Positions 28,892-36,781 of a stretch of DNA of 64,000 nt are shown piece by piece. This DNA is from a virus. Both the position numbers and the translations under genes were made by a program. The stretch covers positions 32,001 to 96,000 of the IMG/VR virus record IMGVR_UViG_3300044640_002221; one strand, given 5' to 3'. The notes beneath the pieces were generated by a model. The model searched no databases and was not told the DNA's origin. It saw only the letters and a list, made by a program, of their open reading frames with translations. Position 1 is the first letter of the stretch. Every line of letters starts with the position of its first letter.

Positions 28892-29319
28892 GGTAGCTTA
28901 GTCTTGTTGTTCTGTTTATACCAATCTGGGTTGTACATTTCTACTTTCTGATCAATCTCTAGCTTTAGACAAGCCTCTAAATTTACTTCAACCACATTAA
29001 GAGTGCGGACTGCTACACTAGATAACCGTTGAACCTGTAAGTTTGGTTCATCCTCCTCTGTTAAAGTCTTTAAAACTTCTAGAGCACTCATCGTGGTTGG
29101 TAGAGTAATGATAAACGGATTGAGCCCTAGCCAATGAAGAGCTGCACTTGTTGACCAAGTAGCATCTAGCTCATGAGAACTTTTATAGCCAGTCTCAAAA
29201 GCAGCTTTAGCTTTTTCTGCTGAACGAAAAGTGCATAGAGACTTATCTTCAGTAAGAGACAAAAAAGCTTTTCCTTGAGTTCTAAAGATTATGAAGTAGT
29301 TATTCACTGCGTTTACCAA
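28888..29319 (-). CDS. Hypothetical protein, intron 2 cargo
   Basis: ORF track. Confidence 0.6.
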   Translation of the reverse strand: MVNAVNNYFIIFRTQGKAFLSLTEDKSLCTFRSAEKAKAAFETGYKSSHELDATWSTSAALHWLGLNPFIITLPTTMSALEVLKTLTEEDEPNLQVQRLSSVAVRTLNVVEVNLEACLKLEIDQKVEMYNPDWYKQNNKTKLP

Positions 29320-29500
29320 ACCCTTTGGCTGACCTTAAATCTGCCTTAGTTCTTATTTTAGGCGTAGGCTGACAGGGGGAGGAGTCATCAATAAAGGATT
29401 TAATTTCTGCTCTATCAACTTGACTTATCCCATAGCTGTTAATTAGTCCTCTGTCATCAGACCAGACAGGACTAGCGACAAATATTTCTGCTTCACGCAT
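29300..29500 (-). CDS. Hypothetical protein, intron 2 cargo
   Basis: ORF track; ends AKGFGK like its neighbour (ARGFGK). Confidence 0.55.
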   Translation of the reverse strand: MREAEIFVASPVWSDDRGLINSYGISQVDRAEIKSFIDDSSPCQPTPKIRTKADLRSAKGFGKRSE

Positions 29501-29706
29501 TACTTAACTCCTTTAGGCTTACCAAATCCTCTAGCTGCTGGCAGTGGTGGATTGAGATAACCAAACTCCCCCTGGTCTAAGACAAAGGTTTCAAAGAAAA
29601 CTAAGTCTTTCTGCATCTTCTCGACGTTAGACCCTTCTGGTGGGGTTATAGCCCCACTCTGAATGAGCTTTATCAACTGAATGGAAGTCTTTTCACGTTT
29701 AGTCAT
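29500..29706 (-). CDS. Hypothetical protein, intron 2 cargo
   Basis: ORF track; SGAITPPEG motif. Confidence 0.6.
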   Translation of the reverse strand: MTKREKTSIQLIKLIQSGAITPPEGSNVEKMQKDLVFFETFVLDQGEFGYLNPPLPAARGFGKPKGVK

Positions 29707-30208
29707 CTTGATTTACCTTTGGTAGTCTTCTACCTATTTCATAGTTCTCAAACATCCACTTAACTACGTGGTCTACTAGATAGTGTTTTAACTGCCAGTA
29801 ACTTGACCTGCCCATCTGTTCTTCAGCTACCTGCATACAAGCCTTTAACTTTTCAGACCCTTCAGGTTCATGGTTAGAAGTTTTAGTAAGAGCTTGGCTT
29901 ATCTTATCAAGAATCTCCTCTACATTATCTGCTGGTCTTGTTTGATAAACAGTTACTCCACCAGACAGATTACCTACTGGTGGAGTGGCTAAGTTTTCTA
30001 CTGGTGGAGTGGCTAAGTTTTTAGGAATCCTGTAAACCTGAAAGTAACAGTCGGGCGCGGCAAGTAGCATCCTAGTGAGAGTTACATTCTTGTAGTCTGG
30101 AAAGTCTTTAACTAATTCTTCCATTTGGGTATACAGCTTCAGCAGCTCTCTAGGTAGCATATAGAGAGTCTTAGCATACTGTACATAATCAAAGTCTTGT
30201 TCTGTCAT
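29699..30208 (-). CDS. Hypothetical protein, intron 2 cargo
   Basis: ORF track; 24-nt tandem duplication (NLATPPVE/NLATPPVG). Confidence 0.6.
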   Translation of the reverse strand: MTEQDFDYVQYAKTLYMLPRELLKLYTQMEELVKDFPDYKNVTLTRMLLAAPDCYFQVYRIPKNLATPPVENLATPPVGNLSGGVTVYQTRPADNVEEILDKISQALTKTSNHEPEGSEKLKACMQVAEEQMGRSSYWQLKHYLVDHVVKWMFENYEIGRRLPKVNQDD

Positions 30209-30213
30209 AATGT

Positions 30214-30546
30214 TTAAGAGTTTTGTTCTTTATTCTTGAAAAAGGTCAGCCAATCTATTACTACATCTAATAGAGCGTCTTTTGCTTCTGGAGATAGTCT
30301 TGCTACCATTTCCACCAAATCTCTCTGAGCATCTTCAGCAAACAACTTGGGCTGATAGACTCTTCTAAACTCCTTTCTAATCTCTCTAAGCTTTGGCAGG
30401 TGCGCTTTTAGTAAAGGGTTAACCTCCCAAGCTGCTATTATGCTTTCAATAATGTCTGAAGCTTCTTTTACTACAGGACTAAGACTAGTCTCTATAGCTT
30501 GCTCAATAAGCTGGGTAGCTTCTTCTACATACTCTTGTTCTGTCAT
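30214..30546 (-). CDS. Hypothetical protein, intron 2 cargo
   Basis: ORF track. Confidence 0.6.
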   Translation of the reverse strand: MTEQEYVEEATQLIEQAIETSLSPVVKEASDIIESIIAAWEVNPLLKAHLPKLREIRKEFRRVYQPKLFAEDAQRDLVEMVARLSPEAKDALLDVVIDWLTFFKNKEQNS

Positions 30547-30888
30547 TTAATTCTCCGATGCAGATGGTTTGTACATCCAATTATCTCCTCCATGCGGCGG
30601 AGGAACGTCTATAAACCCTAATCTTTCATACCAAGCTTTAAGGTCAGTCTTTCCTAAGCCTTGATTAAACGGAACAGACTGCAAACAAAAGGTTGCTTTA
30701 GGATGAGCATCAAAGACCTCTTGCAAAAGCTGCGTGCCGTAACCTTGTCTCTGAAACTCAAGGTTGATGAACAAGTTTATTATCTGAACTTGTTTACCCT
30801 CTTTGACTGTGAATGTGCCGCCTATTATCTCACCTGTGTCTGACAGAAGCTCATAATAGGCAGCTTTTAACTTGTTTATTTTTACCAT
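30547..30888 (-). CDS. GNAT-family acetyltransferase, intron 2 cargo
   Basis: LFINLEFQRQGYGTQLL (acetyl-CoA motif A) and LKAWYERLGF (motif B). Confidence 0.85.
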   Translation of the reverse strand: MVKINKLKAAYYELLSDTGEIIGGTFTVKEGKQVQIINLFINLEFQRQGYGTQLLQEVFDAHPKATFCLQSVPFNQGLGKTDLKAWYERLGFIDVPPPHGGDNWMYKPSASEN

Positions 30889-30920
30889 TGCTTGCTTTTA
30901 AGTTGCTGGGCGCTCGTGTG

Positions 30921-31544
30921 CTACAAGTAATTCATGTCTATTTTATAAGACATAGATGGAATGATAAATGGCTCAACAAGGGCTATAAATTTCTTTGCTT
31001 CCTTTGTTCCACAAGTTAATCTGTACCAACCTTTGTTTAGAACCTGACCAAAGTTAATAGCGTACTTTTCTTTAAAGAAATCTATGATAATTTGGTTTTC
31101 TTCTTTGGTTCTATGAGTGTTCAGATATATTCTTCTAGCGTGAATCTTTCCATTTCTTTTAGGTAAAGAAAGATTTCCATCGTCCATATACCAAATAGCT
31201 ATTCCTTCTGGCGTTAGGTAGTTTAAAATCTTTCTTTGATAGGTTTTTATCCCATTTGGGTACATCCACTTTCTTAAATAACGAAACCATCTATGCTGTT
31301 TTGAAATTTGCACACCTGGATACCCATTATTATTTATCTCCTGGATTTTTGGTTGTTTGCCCCCGAGAATTGAGTGTAGTAACTTAGCTTTGTGCTCCAG
31401 GTACTCTCTTTGCTTTGCTGAGTGTCGCAACTTCAAAGTATAGTACGTTTTAGGAACAGTACATCTTTTGTTAACTACAGGCGTTACGTACCCGTCCCCT
31501 AAGACCATTGCTATTAGCAGAGATTTTTTTAACTGTCTTTCCAT
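30921..31544 (-). CDS. LAGLIDADG homing endonuclease (LAGLIDADG_2-like)
   Basis: LIAMVLGDGYV, HSAKQREYL..K, LTPEGIAIWYMDDG. Confidence 0.9.
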   Translation of the reverse strand: MERQLKKSLLIAMVLGDGYVTPVVNKRCTVPKTYYTLKLRHSAKQREYLEHKAKLLHSILGGKQPKIQEINNNGYPGVQISKQHRWFRYLRKWMYPNGIKTYQRKILNYLTPEGIAIWYMDDGNLSLPKRNGKIHARRIYLNTHRTKEENQIIIDFFKEKYAINFGQVLNKGWYRLTCGTKEAKKFIALVEPFIIPSMSYKIDMNYL

Positions 31545-31723
31545 CTTCTTTTACAAACCTTTTGGTTGTACTTTATGTAAATTGTAGCTTAGTCGTTACA
31601 CTTTCCTACCATCCCTGATAGGCTTAGCTAGGTATTACCCTTCCTTGCTGCAAAGGTTTGGGGCTTTCACCTAATTCACCCAGTTGTCATCCACCAATCA
31701 CTTGGTGGCGGGGCTGAGAACCA

Positions 31724-32154
31724 ACCCATCTCCATAATCCTGATACTGGAGAGATAGCATATCCTCTGGCGGCTGCGATCGCTCCGAACTCTTCTGCCCA
31801 AGCGTAATAACCTGGATAGGTAGTTCTGTGTCCTGTTAACCAAGACTGAGCTACTTCTTCTTTTACACAGAAGTTTTCAGCAGCTGTTGAAGCGGACATA
31901 AGATATATGCTACCAAAGTTGAGAGATTTTGCACTCTTCCTTGCTCCGCTTTTGTCTGCTATTGCTCTCCATTCGTGCTCTGGTTTTCCTTCAAATAAAT
32001 GAGGGGCTACACAACCTTTTGATGAGAGAGTATGTAAATCGGAGTAGGGATTTACATACTCTGTACCATCTTCTAAGTAGAGCTTAGTTTTTGCTAGATA
32101 ACTGTTGACCATTGTGGGGTCTTTCGACCATGCTGCGGCTGTGATTAGCTCTTG
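31724..32154 (-). CDS. polA: Family A DNA polymerase exon containing motif B
   Basis: QELITAAAWSKDPTM...DLHT...RKSAKSLNFGSIY...SGLWRW(V); 431 nt, and phase matches both neighbouring exons. Confidence 0.92.
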
Positions 32155-32308
32155 CTTTTGTGATTACCGTGAGGCTCTTTATCCTCACCTCTTATAGTTT
32201 CCTATAAGCTTCGACTATCTCTTCATCTCATGTTGTATTAATACCCTAGACGGGGCTCGAACCCGCAGTTCCTTTCGTAAGCATAAGGGTTAGGAGAAAA
32301 GGTTATAA

Positions 32309-33418
32309 CTACCTGAGCCATTTTCTTATAGCGTTGTCACTTACACCAAACATTTTACCCACAGAAACATAACTTTTTGAAGAAACTAGAGCTAATAGTT
32401 CTTCTTTACTAGGTCTGTCTTTGACTTTTCTAGTATGTAATTGATGACAAGAGGGACAGCGAGCACTCTTTCTACTCAATGTGATTTTGCCGCAGTCTTT
32501 ACACTTGTTATCTTGAACTTCTTTGTTTCTGAGTTTTTCCTGTTTTAGCTTCAGTAAGTCTGCCTTTTCTTGTCTTTTAATGGTCAGTTGTTTCTGCTTT
32601 TCTTCTGTAGCCTTATTACGAAGATGTCTCTCTGCCTGCTTAACTCTTAGTGTGTCTAACTTTACTGTTTCTAGTGTTATTAGCTGCATTGCCAGACTGA
32701 ACTTTCTTTCTAGCTTGCTTGTAGAGTCTGCATATAATACTTGACAAACTTTTAAAGCTCGCAGCCCATTAACATTGACCTCGCAGTAGTTACCTCTATT
32801 AACAGGTCTACACCTATAAGCTGGGTCTATAGACTTTACATATTCTATAAACCCTTCCACCATATTTATAGACCCACATAGACCAACTGCTCTTTTCTTT
32901 TCTCCTACATAAACCCATCCATCTCCATCTATACAGCCCCGCCAAAAGTGACGCTGTAAAGAGGGTTCTATGTAAGGTGGTGATGCTATTAGAGATTTAC
33001 GAGGTACTACCCCAAGCTTTGCCAAGTCTTCTTTCATTCTTTTTGAGAATACTGATAGACAAGCAGAGTTTTTCTTCGTGTATCTAACTTTTGTGTGGGC
33101 TTCTAAATAATCTTTAAACTCTTCCAGTATAAGAAAATCATTTTTATGTACTTCTAAGGAAATATTATTTCCTTTTGTAGATACACACCCATCAGTTATT
33201 AAAAACCCAAGGAAATAGGCTTTACTTTCAGTATCAATGTTTTCAAAGAATGACTCGTTCACAGGTTTAAGCGTGCCTCTTCCGTTTTTGGCTACTAGGG
33301 CAAGATTAATATAACATAAGATGCCTGGCGTTCGTGGAGCTTTCTGCTGTTCCAGCTTATTAACTCTAGTCTGTACACCTTCCTTCCATTCCTGGAAGGC
33401 TTGGCTCGGTGTTGTCAT
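32309..33418 (-). CDS. LAGLIDADG homing endonuclease with a C-terminal Zn ribbon and HTH
   Basis: YFLGFLITDGCV, FWRGCIDGDGWV, CKDCG...CPSC, SYVSVGKMFGVSDNAIRKW; the N-terminus overlaps the intron core. Confidence 0.88.
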   Translation of the reverse strand: MTTPSQAFQEWKEGVQTRVNKLEQQKAPRTPGILCYINLALVAKNGRGTLKPVNESFFENIDTESKAYFLGFLITDGCVSTKGNNISLEVHKNDFLILEEFKDYLEAHTKVRYTKKNSACLSVFSKRMKEDLAKLGVVPRKSLIASPPYIEPSLQRHFWRGCIDGDGWVYVGEKKRAVGLCGSINMVEGFIEYVKSIDPAYRCRPVNRGNYCEVNVNGLRALKVCQVLYADSTSKLERKFSLAMQLITLETVKLDTLRVKQAERHLRNKATEEKQKQLTIKRQEKADLLKLKQEKLRNKEVQDNKCKDCGKITLSRKSARCPSCHQLHTRKVKDRPSKEELLALVSSKSYVSVGKMFGVSDNAIRKWLR

Positions 33419-33514
33419 GCTCTAGTAGAGTTTAGAGTTCACCGAGTTAACCAGGTTTACACTACATGATTACTCGTGTAGGAGGCCAATGGTAGATGCA
33501 ACCCTGTCTTTGCC

Positions 33515-33856
33515 TTAAAGACGGTTATGCTTTTCGGTTCTTTGTACTCTTCTTGGTACTTTATTCTCATCGAGAATGTTATATAAGACAGTAGTGCCAA
33601 AACCAAACTCTTTTAGGATGTCGCCAGCTTTTGAACCAGCTTTATATTTTGATATAACCTGCTCAACAGTGGCAGAAGGCAGCTTGACTTTACTAGCGAT
33701 AGTCCTTCTTTCATAAACTTGGTTTTTATCCAATAGAGTATAAAAATTATGACTGTTAAGCTCGTATCTCAGTTTTATTCTGTGTACAGGCTCGCCATCT
33801 TTATATGCTGCTATTATTTCTGCTACTTGTTGTGGGGTTAAATCTTTATAGCTCAT
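33515..33856 (-). CDS. Intron-encoded tandem-HTH DNA-binding protein
   Basis: Two similar HTH-like units (QVAEIIAAYKDGEPVHRIKLRYEL / QVISKYKAGSKAGDILKEFGFG); no nuclease motif. Confidence 0.65.
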   Translation of the reverse strand: MSYKDLTPQQVAEIIAAYKDGEPVHRIKLRYELNSHNFYTLLDKNQVYERRTIASKVKLPSATVEQVISKYKAGSKAGDILKEFGFGTTVLYNILDENKVPRRVQRTEKHNRL

Positions 33857-33877
33857 TGCACCTACCGGATATTTTCA

Positions 33878-33991
33878 ACCTGCGTAATCACAGCTTATAT
33901 GCACTTCTCCTGGTCTACATTCAAACCCTACTCTGGGATTACCTGGGAAGGTAATTGTTCTTGTTTCAGGTTGCCATAGAGTAATTCCCAA
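33878..33991 (-). CDS. polA: Family A DNA polymerase exon containing motif A
   Basis: ...TITFPGNPRVGFECRPGEVHISCDYAG; same frame as 34154..35554 but separated from it by 4 stops; the 5' limit (TTG 33991, preceded by AAAGGA) is uncertain. Confidence 0.75.
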
Positions 33992-34188
33992 ATTTCTTTT
34001 CCTTTCTTAGTTAGTTGCAGATACTGCCTCTTGATGAGCAGCTGCTTACTTTTTAAAACATTCAAAGCAAGCATCACCTCCTTGGTGGTTAGTGGAACAT
34101 CTGGAAATAGAATACCCTTTTGAGGGTCTTTAAAGCACTGGAGAACTAGCAACTCATGCTGGCTCAACTTTAAGCCCAACGGGAGCAA
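33928..34188 (-). CDS. Winged-helix-like reading frame bridging two polA segments
   Basis: LSQHELLVLQ...LNVLKSKQLLI..YLQLTKKGKEIWELL; +1 frame relative to polA. Confidence 0.45.
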   Translation of the reverse strand: MLPLGLKLSQHELLVLQCFKDPQKGILFPDVPLTTKEVMLALNVLKSKQLLIKRQYLQLTKKGKEIWELLYGNLKQEQLPSQVIPE

Positions 34189-35554
34189 ACCAGGCTTTAG
34201 ATAGTGTAAGATTGCAATGCGTTTTATTCCCTATTTGTTGGCTGTTAGGTGCTGAAGAACTGGCTCTACTTGTAGCGGCTCCAAGTTGATCATAGCGAGG
34301 ATGAACGTTACCAGTCACAGGATTAATAAACTTTCTCAAGTCCATACCTTCCTGCTTCAATAACTTCTTAAACTCAAGAATAGCTTTCACTACAGGGCTG
34401 AGAGCTATCAAGTCTGACTGTTCCATGATAGTTAGTTCCTCAAAGAGAGATTCCTCATCATCACTAATAAAGATATCATCTCCACCAGCCTCACCATCGC
34501 CCCCGCTGTCTGTCTTTTTAGAAGCATGAAGTAAGTCTACAATGTCTAGCATTCTTTTGAGAGTTTTACCTTGTACATCAGTTAGCTTATTCATGTTGAT
34601 AGCTTTCTGAAGTACATCTAGTAAGCCTGTTGAGGAGCGAAGAACCTTGAGGGCTTTCTGCGAAGGAACTTCTTTACCAGACCAATCACGTTGGGGAGTG
34701 TCAAGCTCTAGTTCTCTCGAAAGATAAACTCCAGCTTCGTCTAGTGCTTCACAAACCCCTTCTTGATAAAGTCGCATGGTTTCTTCACTGACTGGCATAC
34801 CGCCATATTCCATCTCAGCTACTATGACAGTGAAGTTTAATTCTCGTTTAAGAACTTTCTCCATTCCAAAGCCATAAACACCTGAGCTGTTACCTGTCTG
34901 TAAGATAGGGCTATCTGGTAGTGCGGCTATAATAACTTGCTCCATGATGTCATGTATCTGAAATAGATATTTAACATCTGTAGCTGCGTATAGCACCTTC
35001 TCATACCACCATTCATTATCTAGAGTTCTGGCTGATATTGCAGTTCCCCAGGTAGAAGCACGCAGGTCTTTCTTACCGGTGATGTGAACACTCAAATACT
35101 CTCGGCACAAGTCAGCGTAACTATGTCCATGACCTTTACCTACCTTTGAGCCTGTGGCATTGGATATTAACTTACCCATTACCATGATGTCTCGCACGCG
35201 CTCTGGCATATAGTCCAAGGTTGATTTCATGAACTGCATATCAAACTTGTAGTTAATACCTAGCTGATAGTCTTGTACACTTTCTAAAGTGTCTATCAGT
35301 TCTTGAGGGTTGTAACCAGCAACTTCTAGGTGAAGTAAATCAAAGACGTAGGGGATACCTTTAGGCTTCTGGGCTATTAGCAGAGAGATTCTACCTGTGT
35401 GAGGGTCAAGAGCAGAGCCACCTTTGGTTAACCACTCTGGTCTTACACAGGTTTCTGTATCTACTGCCAGCCGCTTTGCTCCATAAAGGTCTCTACAAGC
35501 TAGAGGATAGTCTTGCAGGTTGGTTATGTAGGCAAAAGGTTTAGTTTGTTTCAC
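34154..35554 (-). CDS. polA: Family A DNA polymerase, N-terminal 3'-5' exonuclease and thumb region
   Basis: ExoI AVDTE, ExoII NYKFD, ExoIII YAATD, and HPRYDQLGAATSRASSSAPNSQQI (TGRLSS.PNLQNI equivalent). Confidence 0.92.
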   Translation of the reverse strand: MKQTKPFAYITNLQDYPLACRDLYGAKRLAVDTETCVRPEWLTKGGSALDPHTGRISLLIAQKPKGIPYVFDLLHLEVAGYNPQELIDTLESVQDYQLGINYKFDMQFMKSTLDYMPERVRDIMVMGKLISNATGSKVGKGHGHSYADLCREYLSVHITGKKDLRASTWGTAISARTLDNEWWYEKVLYAATDVKYLFQIHDIMEQVIIAALPDSPILQTGNSSGVYGFGMEKVLKRELNFTVIVAEMEYGGMPVSEETMRLYQEGVCEALDEAGVYLSRELELDTPQRDWSGKEVPSQKALKVLRSSTGLLDVLQKAINMNKLTDVQGKTLKRMLDIVDLLHASKKTDSGGDGEAGGDDIFISDDEESLFEELTIMEQSDLIALSPVVKAILEFKKLLKQEGMDLRKFINPVTGNVHPRYDQLGAATSRASSSAPNSQQIGNKTHCNLTLSKAWFAPVGLKVEPA

Positions 35555-35723
35555 TAGCCGCTAGTTCCTCATAGTCAGCTAACTCTCTAGCAGCTTTTTC
35601 TTTTATAGCTTTAGCTTGGACTAAAGTAGCTTGCGCCCTCTCAAATTCTTTCTTAGCTTGAGTTAAGTTTCTAGTTATGCGAGTTAGATAGGCTTGCTCT
35701 TGGTCTTTCTTGTCTAAGCTCAT
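35541..35723 (-). CDS. Hypothetical coiled-coil protein
   Basis: ORF track. Confidence 0.55.
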   Translation of the reverse strand: MSLDKKDQEQAYLTRITRNLTQAKKEFERAQATLVQAKAIKEKAARELADYEELAASETN

Positions 35724-36769
35724 ACAATCCCATTCTTTGTGAGAACATCCTTATAAATACGAGCATACAGCTCTGGGTTGGAATCTAGAAACTCTCCAGC
35801 TTTTTCTTCACCCTGACCGGCATTAATTTTCTCCACTCCCAACTCACCTGCATAAGCTTCATTAAACTTCATCCAAGACCCAGCTTTTTGCATTAAGCCT
35901 ACCTTTACAGCTTCTATGACTAAGGACTGTCCCAGTTGAACGACACCTTTATAGATAGGAATCTCTGTTGTTAGGTGCGGTGTAAAAGTTTTGTTCTTAA
36001 TAACCTTCAGGTGAGACTTGATCATACCAGGCTTGTCATTTTCTTTGATAGCTTGGGTAATCATCATTTCTATTGAGAAAAGATGCTTAATAGTATGACC
36101 ACCAGGTGTATCTAAACCCCCATGAGGAGATTTAATATTATCTCTAACTTGATTTACCAAAACCCAGCAAGCATCAGTAGCTGTTAGACCTGAAACTATC
36201 TTGCCCTTCAGTCTTTTAAACATAGCTGCTTGAGCCATAGCTGGTCCATTGTAGTTAGAGTCATCCTGAGTTTTATCAACAACTGCCTTTGGGTCCATAA
36301 ATGGTAAAGAATCAGTGACTATAAGTCTACACCCACTATTGGCGGCTGTGAGAGCGACATCAACGCAGTCTTCGCCATACACAGGCTTACATACAAGTAG
36401 ATTCTCCCCTAGATTGTTACCATCAAATAATTGTAAGTTTCTAGATTCCAGGTTTATTAGATGGTCTTTTGCTAAAGTTTCTTCTAAATCTTGATATACA
36501 GCTTGGTAGCCCTGATTGACTTCATGTTTACAGGACATAAGCATTATGGCAGACTTGCCCATACTTTCTTTGCCTGCCAGCTCTACAAGTCTTCCTTTTG
36601 GCCAACCTCCTCCAGTAACAACATCTAGACCCGCAATACCTGTAGAGAATCTATAAATAGGAGGGATGTTGTTTCCCATCACTACAGCACAGTCGCCATG
36701 TTTTTTCTGCATTATCTCAAATAGAGATAAATTATCCTGAGAATTATCTGGTGTTGTTTTCTTAACCAT
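35720..36769 (-). CDS. recA: RecA/UvsX-like recombinase
   Basis: GRLVELAGKESMGKS Walker A, IVTDS Walker B, NQVRD, TPGG..IKH, GSW...GQG.EKA. Confidence 0.92.
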   Translation of the reverse strand: MVKKTTPDNSQDNLSLFEIMQKKHGDCAVVMGNNIPPIYRFSTGIAGLDVVTGGGWPKGRLVELAGKESMGKSAIMLMSCKHEVNQGYQAVYQDLEETLAKDHLINLESRNLQLFDGNNLGENLLVCKPVYGEDCVDVALTAANSGCRLIVTDSLPFMDPKAVVDKTQDDSNYNGPAMAQAAMFKRLKGKIVSGLTATDACWVLVNQVRDNIKSPHGGLDTPGGHTIKHLFSIEMMITQAIKENDKPGMIKSHLKVIKNKTFTPHLTTEIPIYKGVVQLGQSLVIEAVKVGLMQKAGSWMKFNEAYAGELGVEKINAGQGEEKAGEFLDSNPELYARIYKDVLTKNGIV

Positions 36770-36781
36770 GTACGCTCCTTA

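Larger units (their letters stand above)
27275..31723 (-). mobile_element. Group I intron 2 of polA (4449 nt): LAGLIDADG gene in P7.1 and a ~3.5-kb multigene cassette in P8
   Basis: 5' core at 31545-31723 (P GAAUUAGGUGAAA, R GUAACGACUA); P3' CGCCCAG at ~30906; perfect 19-bp P8 (30887-30905 / 27351-27369); S GAUAUAGUC and P9 at 27275-27350. Confidence 0.88.
32155..33877 (-). mobile_element. Group I intron 1 of polA (1723 nt): HTH gene in L1, LAGLIDADG gene and tRNA-like halves in P8
   Basis: Splits motif A DYAG|QE; IGS GCCU; P AACUCGGUGAA; Q CAACACCGAG; R GUACAGACUA; P3 CCUGG/CCAGG; 19-bp P8 with one mismatch; S GAUAGUC; terminal G at 32155. Confidence 0.88.

Noticed and set aside
33928-34190. 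Stop-codon reassignment as the explanation for the polA break
   Set aside because: Both TGA and TAA stops interrupt the frame, and other genes read normally in code 11
33928-34190. A sixth group I intron or an intein in this gap
   Set aside because: No P/Q/R/S elements and too short; no Cys/Ser start or His-Asn end
10161-36769. Additional introns or inteins in the helicases, thymidylate synthase or RecA
   Set aside because: These ORFs are continuous, of expected length, and show no splicing motifs
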